Below, piece after piece: positions 11,302 to 23,580 of a stretch of DNA of 43,918 bases. Positions within the stretch are counted from its first letter, which is position 1; every line of letters begins with the position of its first letter. Below the pieces are notes generated by a model. That model was not told the DNA's origin and searched no databases. It saw only the letters and a list, made by a program, of their open reading frames with translations. Both the position numbers and the translations under genes were made by a program. This DNA comes from Perkinsus chesapeaki ATCC PRA-425 (taxonomy: Eukaryota > Protista > Perkinsozoa): NCBI GenBank assembly GCA_013115145.1, contig JAAPAO010000277.1, forward strand, positions 1-43,918. Direction: 5' to 3'.

Positions 11302-12942
11302 TTATGATTCACCGAAATCCTCGATGGCACCCCAAGAGCCGATAACTATCATGGGGATGCACCAGATAAGGACAATGCAAATTGCGATGAACTCAATCTT
11401 ATGTAGTTTAATATACTTCTTTACGGAACCTAAAAGATATAGTGAAACTGATAGTGGTGGTGATAGTGGCAGCTTACCTAGAACGAATTGCTGTATTCGG
11501 ATATAATAGATACAGGGCATCATAGCAACCATGAAGACCATGGTGAAGGAACCCAGAACGTTAATCAAACTTTGAATGTTTGGAACGACTTCGGCGATCA
11601 ATAGTGTGAAGCCAACGCAGCAAAGTCGAGCAATGAACCTTTTAACCTTAGTCTTTAGAGAGACATCGTCAACATCAATGTGGCACCAGTACTCGACCGA
11701 AGAAGCAATGGGCAATAGCATCACAACATAATGAGGAATACTCGAGCATATCACTGCTATCTCGGTCAAGTAGCCCCAGACACCGTGAACAGGTTCATCA
11801 GGGGGAACGATGGAATCCATAATAGGATGAGCTTTCAGTTCATCACCATAACCGTAGTAACCGCAGATGCCAATACCAATGTATCTGAGATTATAGTTAA
11901 AAATACCATACATTGTCTGCTGCTGCTTACACTGTAAGTATAATAAGATATGCCGCCTCGGCTACGCCCTTGAAGTGCGTTGGTTTGGCCATATCTCGAA
12001 CCAAGGTAGCCACGGAATTGGTAACATTGAATGACAGAATACATACACCAAAGTTAGTAGCAATTGTCATAAAATCTGGTGCGAAAATATCGTATTTTGG
12101 CGGGGTAGTTGCGGTAATCTGGAACACAGGAAATGGGGACCATAGCGCTGCTGCTGTTGTTGTTACTTACCCCAGTGATGATGCCGTTGATGGAAACCAC
12201 AGCGAATAAAACAAGAATTGCAACCATACCGCATGTAGCCACATACGACACTTCGTTCATGGTCCTCAGGAACGTGAACGGAATGAATATTCCAGCCCAG
12301 ATTGCAATCCACCCCTTCTGGCCAACAGAAGGGACAAGCTTCTGTAATGTCTCGCCCAATAACACTAGCAATGAGGCGCAAATACCCGACATTGTTATAT
12401 GGACGATTAAGGCAGTTAAGAAGTGACCTGATGCACGACGATGGAGCATTCCTAGGGAGCCTTCAGCCTACCTATTTTGCCGTAACATACTTTTCCTAGA
12501 TCCTCATAAGTATAGACGGGACCCTTCTCTTTTGGGCACAGTGCAATGCCATCATATAGTTTAGTGACATTGAAACCAGCGAAAAGGGCACCAAGGAAAA
12601 GGCAAAGGAAGCCACCAACCCAACCGCACGCTGCGAACACAGTGGGTAACATAACGACACCCATACCTGGTAGAAAAGCCTTCAGTCATTATACGAAGTG
12701 CAACATTCAAGCTTACCAATAGCAGATAGAACCACACTGAAGACACCACGGATATCTGAACACTCTCCATGAGGTTCCTCGTTGTTTTCCTTCCGCACAT
12801 CCGAACGCCCCGAGCTGGCCGGAGACATCACTGCAGTAGTTGTATCATCAATTTGGTGCATCTCGACGTCACCCGAACTTTTCCCGCTTGGACCAACAAC
12901 GGTGTCGTCTGCACGTTGTTTCTTAAAGAAATTCAGAGCCAT
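11302..12942 (-). CDS. Amino acid/auxin permease (AAAP, Aa_trans) transporter, copy 1
   Basis: FSVVLSAIG|MGVVMLPTVFAACGW, YTYEDLGKVCYG, IPFTFLRTMNEVSYVA, FGVCILSFNVTNSVATLVRDMAKP and LLGSFTM-type motifs, with about 11 hydrophobic segments. Confidence 0.92.
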
Positions 12943-13335
12943 TGCTTTGATCGATAAATGGACTGAAGCCAAAGCGAATCACTTACCAAATTGTCGCCCC
13001 ATAATGCTATAATGCAAGTCACATCCCCGTACGCAGTATCATTCCAACACTTCATTCCTTGACAAATATTCACAAGACGGAAAAATACTAGACCGGTATA
13101 GCTGCGCGCTAGGCGGGGGTCAGGAGACTTTTGTGTGCTCTCTGTCTCCCAAAAGATACGTCTTCTGAGCCTCCACCTGTGTGAGCTAGCCCACTAACAA
13201 ACATTACAAGTAACTGAGTCGCCTATTGTGATAGCCCACGGGAAGGTATAGACACCTCGAGCAAAGGGTTTGGCTACCTGCCAATTTTAGTTAAACTATC
13301 ATATACACTGACCTAAATAGCGATAAGAGCCACTG

Positions 13336-13408
13336 TCCGATGTAGTCTAGCTGGTTAGGATTCGTGGCTCTCACCCACGCGACCGGGGTTCGAGTCCCCG
13401 CATCGGAA
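13336..13408 (+). tRNA. tRNA-Glu (anticodon CTC)
   Basis: Cloverleaf with acceptor TCCGATG/CATCGGA, D-arm with GG, anticodon stem CGTGG/CCACG with loop CT-CTC-AC, and T-loop TTCGAGT. A T-run (Pol III terminator) follows directly. Confidence 0.97.
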
Positions 13409-13611
13409 TTTTATATCCCACTGCTATTGTACCCTCGTTATACTTTAGCATGCTATAGTATTTGGTTTAGTATACTGTGAAGTTCACAGTGTGAACCATT
13501 CCTACGAACTAGAATCGAAGCTAAGGTTCAGTTTGGTGAGAAACTCCTCTGCGAGACTCCAGCGAACACATCACATTAGTGAATTATGAAACTCCAGTGT
13601 TGCGAATTTAG

Positions 13612-16226
13612 TCATGTACATGCATTAGCGTTACGAACTTCGGCCAGTCGACGCATGATGGTATCCAGTTTCTCTTCGACACCTTCAATTCCCGCCTTCA
13701 ACTCAACCATTTCTTGGTCACGTCGCTTGTCAAGAGCGTCCTTAGCCGCCTTATTCGTAGTCACAGCTTTGTATATCAACATCACGTCTTGAGCTTGAGG
13801 AGGATGCAACATCTTCAGCAGCATTTGAACAAACTCTGACTGATCAATCACGCCATCACCGGACGAGTCGATGATTTGAAATGCGCAGGATATCACATCC
13901 TGAAACACCTCTGGTCTGTCAGACCATGGCGCGAAGGCGCAAATCAAATCCCACCAGATCAATTCCGAGATTAGCCAGCTTTGATGCTGCCTGCTGATTG
14001 AATTCATCTTCCGTCAGTGTCCCCGATTTGTCAACATCTACGGCATCGAACACCTGAGGAGAACCTTCAAGAAATCAGAATGGAGTAAAACCAGAAAACA
14101 AAGCTAATCAATGATAAAACCAAAAATCTTCAGAAATCAAACCCGAATCCGAAGATGCTTTGGCGTGGAGGACCTCCACGATGCGCTCAGTGAGCATCTT
14201 GTCCTTCTCGTCTGCTGTGGTACCCGACACAATCTCGCAGATCACACCAATAAGGATATTCAGAATCATAAAAGAGCCGACAATCATAAACACTATCAGC
14301 AGGATACCGTAACTAACCAAGGGACAGATCACACAACGATTTCGCACGTGCGCGCTCGTCTACATTATATTTTCTGACAATGTAGCTCGAATCAGCGCAA
14401 ACGTGTCGTCGAAGACCAGGACCTAATAATATACCAACAGAAGGCCAGGAAATAGATGCCTATTGTAGACACCTGCATGAGCGTTAATAAACTCCGTGAT
14501 ATCGTCCCGAACATATCGTCGAAGAAGTCCGGCACGTCATCGACAACTTTACTAAGCCTCTCCTCGCTGGAGTTGGCCCACTGTGTTAGGATTATAGAGA
14601 ATACGTACCTGTTAAAGGTTTCCTTAGGCTCTCTGGAGTTGTCCCCACATGAGTGCCAGGATAATCGCTAATGTGCTGCTGACAGATCGTGCCGCCGCTG
14701 CCATCGATTTAACCATCATACCAAGCTCAGGCACCATACCTAACACCTCATACGGGGTTCCTCGTTCCTGTAAACCAAAGGGAAACTTGGCCATTGGCCC
14801 GGTTTAAACTCCGGTGAAAATGACTCCTCCTGCGGTTCGAACCCACGACCTTCCCTACGAAAGACTCGAGTGATCCTGAGTAGCCTTAAAAGTCGTAGAG
14901 CACTCAGACTTCCCAAAGACTCAGCGTCAATACCAATGAGCAAGAATACCCACACTTCGACGACCATCAAGAGCACCTGAGAGGCATGGGTACCGAAGAT
15001 GTGCATGCGTGCCATACCAAAGCTAAATCGAAGATATTCCACGCTCTTTGAATGGGATCAGTGAAGAACAGGATGAGCCGTTTATAGGCGAATATTCTGA
15101 CCAATATTTCGAATGTGAAGCAAATACAGAATATATTCTCCCCAACCACAAATACGGCTTCCTGAAAGCAAAGCACTTCCATCCGGAACACCCAGGTTCG
15201 AATCCCAGCACCGGTATGGCAGATCCAGGTCTATTGTGGTCCTGGTCAATACCGATCCACACTGCATTCAGAACAATAACCGTGAGAGCCCAATTCTGGA
15301 AGGAGAAAAATAACTTTTTGTTCATCTCGAAATTCTAACCTGAAACCTCGAGTTAATAGCCAAATACGCCAGCCAGGATGTTGGGTTAGCCATGCCCCGA
15401 GATATCATATCCTGTGGCCCCTTTCGCAGGCCCTTCTTTGACGCTAGGGTGTCCTGAACAACGCACCAAGTCATCACGCTAACTTCACGCTCATTATGTA
15501 GGATCGGTTGCAACTGGGAAGCTGCAAGCAAAAGGAAGTTTCTGCGATAAAATAACAGTTAACATCACCGGTATATAATACTACTATGTGCAATTGGTGT
15601 GTAATTTCATGATAACATTTTTCCGGTTTTTACTTTCATGCTTTCACTAACTGATCAAAACGGAACGTTCAGTAGAAATCGCGAAGACGTGATACTAGCC
15701 GTCCAAGTTGAATTCCGGGTGTTGTCCGATAGCATCATCCCGGGTCATGAAGGCGCCGAATGAACCAAACGAGGAACCGACTCGGTGTGTAATACTCGGG
15801 CTTATTCATAAGCTGCCATCTACACTGAAAGTAGGAATTCCCACCCGAACTGAAGAGGCCTGATGCTGCATTAATCTTCGTGGGTCGATGGGATGGAACT
15901 CTCCAACTCGGTTGAAGCTCAACCTCCGTTCATGTCTACACAAGATATTTTCTAGGTCAACTTTTCGCTGTCGCGCGCTACTTCTCTGGTACTTCTAGCG
16001 AATGACTCTTTTTTGGTGAGAACTCGACATCAAGTGTGTTGTCTCTCGGCATGGCCGGCAACGAAATGGTGTCAGCTAAAAGCTGGATGAAGTCAATGTT
16101 TCCGTAACATATCTCACCCAAATCCAACTTGTCGGTGGTAAGAGCATTGGCGCTGGTTGGTTGACCTGGCAGGCTTACTGGAGGCCTGTATTTCTCAACC
16201 GAGTTGAATGAGGCCTCCTCTGCCAT
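13612..16226 (-). CDS. Single-domain (6TM) voltage-gated cation channel with C-terminal EF-hands, multi-exon
   Basis: S1 LTVIVLNAVWIGID, S2 ENIFCICFTFEILVRIFA, S3 AWNIFDLALV, S4 LRLLRLLRITRVFR, pore FGTISRSLLTLMQVLVFDDT, S6 FMILNILIGVICEIV. EF-hands DVDKSGTLTEDE and DSSGDGVIDQSE, then a coiled-coil tail. The 5' exon assignment is less certain. Confidence 0.88.
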
Positions 16227-16330
16227 ATTTAGCGCTCCTTTATACGTCTATTGAACACTGAACCAAAGACCAGAGAATAGTGTTCGCTACAATGGCAAGC
16301 AGATGCCTACACAAGAGGCTGTTTAAGTTT

Positions 16331-18670
16331 AGCTTGTTGAGAATGGGCAGCATTGTGTCGATTGGTAAGTCGGGATTACTAGATCTCACGTTAGGGTACA
16401 CGAATTGAAGCGTCTCTTCGAAGAAGCGAAATTTTACTTAGGCATGGGGCTGTTGCAACTCAGCGCGTTTCACAATGCACGCATGCGTTAAATCCCTGAG
16501 CGCTCGCCCTGTCGTCTCGATGAGCGAAGATTTCTGAGAGTATAAGTTAACAGTACAACTTTTCTGCTATACGACAGACAACGACGAGTGGTGTATACTA
16601 CAGCCTCGATGTTCTTGACCTATAATGAATCTTTACACGAACTGAAGAAGAGGAAGCCGAGAAAGATAGAAATCGAAATCCTGTCGAAGTGAGTTACCGT
16701 AGAGTAGTACTGTATATTCTACTGCACGCACGTGCTAAAATGACACAAAAACGAACAAGCATGGCTCTCTTAGGAAGGGAACCGTTAAATGTATTTCCAG
16801 TCATGGCGAGGCTTTCGCTTACTGGAGGTCAGCCACGGCGCAATCAGCGCTAAAGCTCAGGCAAATCAGAAAGCGCCTTATCGAGCTCGTGGCCATACCA
16901 AGGTGAGATGTGATGCGAACGAGAACTCATCGTGAACAAAATGCCTCGCTGCGACGTGAACTCGTCGAGGTGTTTCAGACTGGGTCGATTGCTGCGACAA
17001 ACCTTTGCAGTATGGAGTGCACAAACTCGGTTTGTGGATACTATCGAGCCGTGGCTAGCTGCTAGTGTGCAGCGCGATATGATAACCGTCCCATTTGAGA
17101 TGTGGAAATGGTACCACACTAACTGGGAGGAACCACATGAAGCCCCTGTGTCAGGCACGTCCGGTCAAAACGGCAACTTAAAGAACGAATGCACAGCTCC
17201 TACGAACTTCATCTAACGCGTCTTCAATCAAGGCATTCATTAAGCGTTTCCTAACATACCGCGGAAACGCTTTACTTTTTCAGAGTATTTGGAGCTATTC
17301 GTCATTATCAGATGCGTATGAGGCATGGTCGGGCCCTGCGACGATGGATCGAAAGACAGACTCTATGCGAGGTGGTGAACAGATCCTAAATACAAGTTAG
17401 TCTCGTTCCTCCACAGATAGTAATTCGTTGGCGATACCATGGAGATCTTGCCAAGACTGCCCTTGCATTTCACTGCCGCAAGCGTGGCGTGCTTCGCCAT
17501 CGCCTTTTTGGCGCATGGAGGTCTCGTAGCGCTCTCATCCGTGCTGGTCACGTTCTGCGCTCCACGCTATCCTCCAATTTGTGTTCCCTCGCCTTGAGAA
17601 AATGGAAACTTGCTTCTCAAGCTACACACAGGAAGCGCAGCTTGGCCCGAGCCTTTAGTCGGTTTCGGCGAGGCTTGACACTCTGGGTGAAAGAAAAAGA
17701 GATAGCACATCACATCATCACGCATACTGCACGAGTTAAAGTAGAGCGACAATTCACGGAATGGCAAATCCTATCAAAAACATTGCAGAGAGCAGAAGAC
17801 ACGCTCATCCAGTCTCGTATAAAGAAGCATTGGCGTCAGTGGTACCGCCAATGGCGCCGGGGGAGCACCCGCCGTTGGCTTGTACTGTGGTCGTATGCCG
17901 CGCAGAAAGTGCGGGACCAACAGACAAAGCTCGCGTTACTGAACTCTGCATGGTTAAAGTTCACGCGACTGAGAACTAGACGTTGCCTAGGCATAAGTGT
18001 CGAAGCCTGGAAGGAGGCAACCGAAACAACGCGGGTATATATCGCGGCGGTCCGGAGCCGGCGGTTACAGAATCACTTCGTGGTCTGGTATGGTATGCTG
18101 TGGGTGAGTCGAGCGGAAAGGCTCTCCCGTTACAGACGACTGGCCGTTCAATTGAGCGAGACTTTCACTCGATGGGGCAGAATTGCACGGAGCGGAGTTG
18201 AAATCAAGCGAATCTCATGGGCTCGACCTACAGAACGGAAGCGTGTTCTCGAAGCATGGTGCAGACTCTATCGAGCAGCACACTTAAACAAGAAAACTAC
18301 AATGGCCAAGTACTTCAAAGTCTTGCGACAGCGGCATCGGAAAAGGATACAAGCCAAACTGAGAGTTCAGCGTACCCTCAACGAAGTTAGAGCAATCTTA
18401 CTAAAAAAACTCTGGGAAGCGATTCGAGAGGCTTTGACAATGCGGCGAATTGTGCTAAGAAAGGCATTCAAACTGTATAGAAGAAAGGTGTCCACCAGAG
18501 GGCTTACCCGGGCGAGGCGTTCGATTATCGAAAAGATGATAACGAGAAAATGTTTCATAAGTATGAGGCGACTTTTGGTGTCTCTTCTGAGTGCTCGGCT
18601 ACGAATTACACAAAGTGAGCGCTGGCCGAGGCAGAGGGAACGACAACTGGCAACCTCTTCATCTTTTTAG
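16331..18670 (+). CDS. Sfi1-like (centrin-binding-type) Trp/Arg-rich helical repeat protein; start uncertain
   Basis: The 393-codon ORF and upstream exons carry recurring L/A-xxx-F/L-xx-W-K/R motifs (LRQTFAVW, RHRLFGAW, LALRKWK, ERQFTEWQ, LNSAWLKF, QNHFVVWY, SETFTRWG). The protein is strongly basic. Confidence 0.6.
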
Positions 18671-19750
18671 GCTCCTTTAATCGATGGTCAACATATACAT
18701 TGCTCATTAAGTTCCGCCGTAGTGTCGGAAAGTCAATAATGGTATGCTGCTTCTTCCGTTGGCGGCGAAAAGTGAGATTCCAGTTAGATTTTATCTGTTC
18801 GTAGAGCTTTAGTAGGTCGATAACTCCTTCCTTTTGCAACGTAATGTTGGCACTATCATTTTTTGGCGCCTCCGAAGCAAATGGGTCAAGTGGAGGGAAG
18901 TTCTACAATTTAGAAGGTGAATGATTACTTCTATGTTTACCATGAACGGTGTTTACTCTAGACTTCATGGTCAAGCACCTCTTCCGCTTCTGGGAGATGT
19001 ACCCTACCCATTGAATAATCCTCGAAGCAGCATCAGACGAGTGCATTGGTCGTGATGTGTCTGAATACTCTGTGGTGTTTGTTTACAGTGTGACAGTTGA
19101 AAGTGCTATTATCAATTCGGCTTGAGATATCGATACACCGGAGGTCCTCCATAGCTGTATAGCTGAGGCATCGAGTCATGTCCTCAAACACAGAGGACAC
19201 CGAATTTGTGGGGATGTTTTCTACACAATGGCGCTTGACAGCGAATATCGCTACGCGGCTCCTGAAACGGAGTGTTCCAGCCAGAAACTTCCAGGCCGAA
19301 TCATATGTGCCTCATATTGTGAGACCTTCATGTCGCGAATGAGAATCGCTCACGGTTGGAGCCTTAGCCTCTCCAATTTGGGTTCCAGACCTGAATGCTG
19401 TCGGGCCATGGGGATATCCCGGCAGGACCTCCCTCATGGCCCGACTCCTCTACGTTATACCGAACTGTGACGCGCTCGGACGCTGTACGCGGCTCACTGC
19501 GAGGTTCGCTTGCTAGGTTGGTTGCCACGCGACCTTTTTTCTCAGCCCTCTGCAAGGCTTGCTTCCTTTATGCGCGCATTGTTACTCGCCTCCGACCTTG
19601 AGCGGCTCCCTATACGGCACGTAGCTCTGTCGCTTGTGAGTGTCCGACCCCTTATAGAGGTCCTCTATCGCCGGCTTTCCAGCAAGTTTCGCTTTAGCTT
19701 GTAGGTCAGTTGCGGCTCAACTGCTGAGCACTGCCTAGTGGGCTCCGCCG
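18606..19750 (-). CDS. Hypothetical multi-exon protein
   Basis: Successive open exon-like frames flanked by AG/GT (QRAEKKGRVATNLASEPR; ENIPTNSVSSVFEDMTRCLSYTAMEDLRCIDISSRID; NFPPLDPFASEAPK...LLKLYEQIKSNW). No family recognised and ends are approximate. Confidence 0.45.
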
Positions 19751-20627
19751 CCGCTCCCAGGGCCGCTTACATCGCTGTTCACAATTTGTCGGATACGTCC
19801 CATAGAATGGATAGTCTAACAGAGTGTTGGATTATAGTTTGGATTATAATGGATAGCTAAAAGACGCTGGGTGCCGAGTAAAAGACGAGTAGACCGGATA
19901 GGCAGCATGGCCGTGTCAGTCGTAATCAAACACCTACTTAAATATGCTATTCAGGCCTAGCGCGTGGCGGTCGTCACGCGAACTCTGTCCCCGTTTAGGA
20001 GACAACCCCGCTCAGCCATGATGAATACCTCTGCAACAGGCGAACCTGTGGGCGGAGTCGTGATCGAGACGCCGATTGACAGCAAGGGATCTACAGACTC
20101 GTATCTACATGTGATCGAATGGAATCGACTTACATACAATATAACCATTCTCAGCTACCTACACTGACTAAGTTATACTGAAATCCTAGCACAGCTAATC
20201 TCAAAGTAGCGCACATAGAGTGACATAGCCTATGCTAATAAATAGACATTATCCACTTCCTTACACCTACCACAAACCTTAGCTACTTAGCTACACTGCA
20301 CGTCAAATATCATAAGCGAGTATTACAAACTGCTAGGCGACTTTCATTTGGATTCCACTCCTTCCCATTATTTAGACAATCTAATTGGGAATTCCGCTTC
20401 CTCTTCTGACGGCGCTGGTCAGCGCCACCTCTGTCCCGGATGGGGGGAGCCAAGAAGCGAACTCGTCGACGTTCCAGCCGTGCTATCCGTCAGCCATTCC
20501 AGATTATTACAAGCTGTAGTTACTATAATATGGTGTGAGTGATCTGGCGTATTGGCGTTGGCCGACTTGCTTGATCAACCCAGTAGCAAAGCTTTTGTAT
20601 GTATTCAGTGAAAGGTTTTACAACCAA

Positions 20628-21673
20628 ATGCACACCCTTATAGGTAGCCTATTCTTTGCGGTTATCTTTGTTGTTGTCTATACCCAAGGAGATAGTAATC
20701 TTGGTTACGATGGTAGCGGCGTATATGATCACAAAACGCGCCATCTGCAGAATAACGACGTAGACTATCGTTATTATAGGGCAGGTGACACGATGACTGG
20801 CGGATTTCTGAATGTATGTAAGAAAGCTGATATAACATGCTTCGTGGCCGTGGACAGTGAGTTCGAAAGTAAGTTTTGGCAAAGTAGGTGATTGCTGACT
20901 TATTCACCCCAAGCAGGCTATTTTCGCAAATGTATCCTCTTCTTTCGTGTCCAGACGGTTATCGGGTTTATTTCGACTGAGATTCCGAACCCAGATATTG
21001 AACCCGAGGTGGAGAAGTTGAATCAGAGGTTGAATCAAGGACAAATTGTAAGACTAGCATAGATAGTTTATGCCTTGCCTGTTCACTGTCATGCGACAAT
21101 TGTTCTTATATCAGACCACCTGCAAAGAAAAACGACATGATTGGCTATATCGATAGAGTAAGCTCTTTCTGCGCTTTGGCTTTGAGGTTTTTTCTTTTCC
21201 TTTATATTCTCTACAGAGAGGTAACTTGTCCCATGCTAAGCTAGTAACGCGAGCAGAGTTAGCAAGCTAATTGCTAACCCGCCTTGTCGCAATCCCATTA
21301 CGTCATTTCTAAATATTCTCAGGTAGAGGTTGACGTAAAGTGGTGGCGTAAAGGAATAGCAACCAATCTCGTGAACAAAAGACTTGATGATGTAAGGTAC
21401 AATAGTTTTGATATATCATCTAGTTCCCAGGCTTGTAATCTGGGTGAGTCATCTGTTATATCTGTCTTCTTTAGATTCGCAAGACGATGCGTAAGGTTGT
21501 TGCTGTGTATCTTGATGTGAGAGTGGCCAACAAGGGCGCTATCGACCTTTATACGAAAACTGGGTTTGATGTGGTTACTAGTAAGCTATAGTGTATAGCC
21601 TTTACCCAGTTAATTGACATCACGCTCTTCAGAGGATGCGGTCTGGATGGCGATGGTACGTTACCTTCTATAA
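20628..21673 (+). CDS. Signal-peptide-bearing GNAT (RimI/NAA10-like) acetyltransferase, copy 1
   Basis: MHTLIGSLFFAVIFVVVYTQG|D signal peptide; CFVAVD..TVIGFI; GYIDR|VEVDVKWWRKGIAT (motif A); VYLDVRVANKGAIDLYTKTGF (motif B); KDAVWMAMVRYLL*. Confidence 0.85.
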
Positions 21674-21694
21674 GCGAGCCTTCCGCTCACGCTT

Positions 21695-22510
21695 CTAACC
21701 TAGTTCTAATGGGCTCCTTCTCTTCGAATACTTCATCTCTTCTATTCGACATCTCAATATCAAATGGAAGAGCAGTGTTGATTCGCCGCACGCGGCTGGG
21801 AACGGCGTCGGTCTCGTAAGGGTTGGAACTCCGGGTCACCCACGGCTGGCTGAGGCAGGGTCTTTAGCACACCTGGTGCATTGAACTAAACGTAACTCAT
21901 GCTGATTATATACCATTTTACAATAGGGAGTGGTACATCAGAAACATAGCGATGTCAAAAGGTCGTCCACTCTCGTATGAGGAGCCATTTATGCTAGTTT
22001 AAGAGGTTACTTAATGCCCCCAGTGTTTTACGAAAACCGCGGGGTGCTCCTCTCGCACAACTTGTGCGGCACTCTCTTTAAACTCCCATTGGCAACCCTC
22101 GACGAGCTTCGTCTACATTACACATTAGACGGTTGAATCAAACTGTCATTTGGGCTCTAATGCCTATGCCAAGAAGGGGGAGACCGAACAGGAACAGTGG
22201 AAGCAGGGCAGTAAAGGAGACATGCTCTTAGCACCAGGTGTCGCCGTGACCGACTCGCTGATCAACCTCTGTCCCAGAGCTTCCGGGGCCCTGAAGAAGA
22301 GTGTTTAGGCAATTGTGGCCCAAAAAGCATTCCTCGTCAATTTTGTAGGCAGTAGCCTAGATACGTAATACCACGACGTAACTATTTTACACATTATTAG
22401 TGTGATATGTGAAAAAATAAAAAGTGGGCATGGGTGCATGGAGGAGTCTTCCTCGGGCCGCTGGAGCAGAGTTAGAAAGCTGCAGCATAATTGACCCTCT
22501 AAACCGTTGC
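21695..22510 (-). CDS. Possible hypothetical multi-exon gene between the GNAT copies
   Basis: Exon-like open frames (SRLLPTKLTRNAFW, weakly BSD-domain-like; TKLVEGCQWEFKESAAQVVREEHP; PYETDAVPSRVRRINTALPFDIEM...*). The splicing model is not fully resolved. Confidence 0.3.
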
Positions 22511-22607
22511 TCATTTGCTAAACTACTGGTAACTTAAGGCTCTCTAGTGATCCGCCAGATATTTTACACGTTATCCGTGTCAGCCTTCTCCATCGAGTTA
22601 CAGAAAA

Positions 22608-23522
22608 ATGACCATCCTTATGAAGAAGCTACTCTTTGTTGCTCTGCTCGTTGCCTATACCAGAGGCGATGTAGATCCACTTCATGATTTCATTGATGCA
22701 TCCGACGATGACAGTGGTGTTACCTATCGTGATTATCAAGCAGGTGACAAGATGAACGGTGGGCCCGTGGCTGCCTGTGATAAGCCCCTTCGAAGATGCT
22801 TCGTAGCCGTGGACACTTCTGTCGGACCTAAGGTGAGATCTATCATCGTGTCAATTTTATATTCATTCCTCATTCCTAATTCAGACTGTGATTGGTGTTA
22901 TTGAGACGGAGATACCAGACTCAACTTTAGATAAAGATACGGGAAAACTTATCCGAGACAAGACGTAGGGGGCTCCTGAACCTCCGCCCTCTCACTTGAA
23001 CTTCTAAGGCCACCTTCAGTGAAGAAAGACGGAGAAATTGGTTACATCCACGGGGTAAGCGAATAAGCCTTCTGTATGCATGATAGTATTTACTAGCAGC
23101 TGTGTGGGGATCTTTTTTATTCTGACTTTTTCATTATTATTTATTCATGAATCGCGAATTGTAGGTAGCTGTGGTTGACGCGTGGAGGCGAAGAGGGATC
23201 GCAACTAATCTGATCGACCTAAGGTTCAAAAATGTAAGCAGCGTATGCGAAGCCTAGTCGGACAGTAGAGCCTTGATCTGTCTCAGATTGATGATAAGAG
23301 GCCAGAGGTATCCGCCCTATATCTTGACGTGATGCTCACCAACAAGGAGGCTATCGCCTTATATGAGAAAACAGGATTCGTACGCATCACAAGTGAGTTA
23401 TCGCAATAGGCATTCCGTATTCGTTGGCCCTCTCCTATTCTATCCACGGCCATCAACGCTTTGTGATCTCAGAGGACCCAAACTGGCTGACTATGGCGCG
23501 TTATCTCGCTCATTCTCGATAA
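22608..23522 (+). CDS. Signal-peptide-bearing GNAT acetyltransferase, copy 2
   Basis: MTILMKKLLFVALLVAYTRG|D; CFVAVD..TVIGVI; GYIHG|VAVVDAWRRRGIAT; LYLDVMLTNKEAIALYEKTGF; KDPNWLTMARYL. The exon structure matches copy 1. Confidence 0.85.
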
Positions 23523-23580
23523 GCGCTGTTGTTGACCCATTTATGTCATTGTGACAAGTTAAGCTTATTATCCAGCTCGC

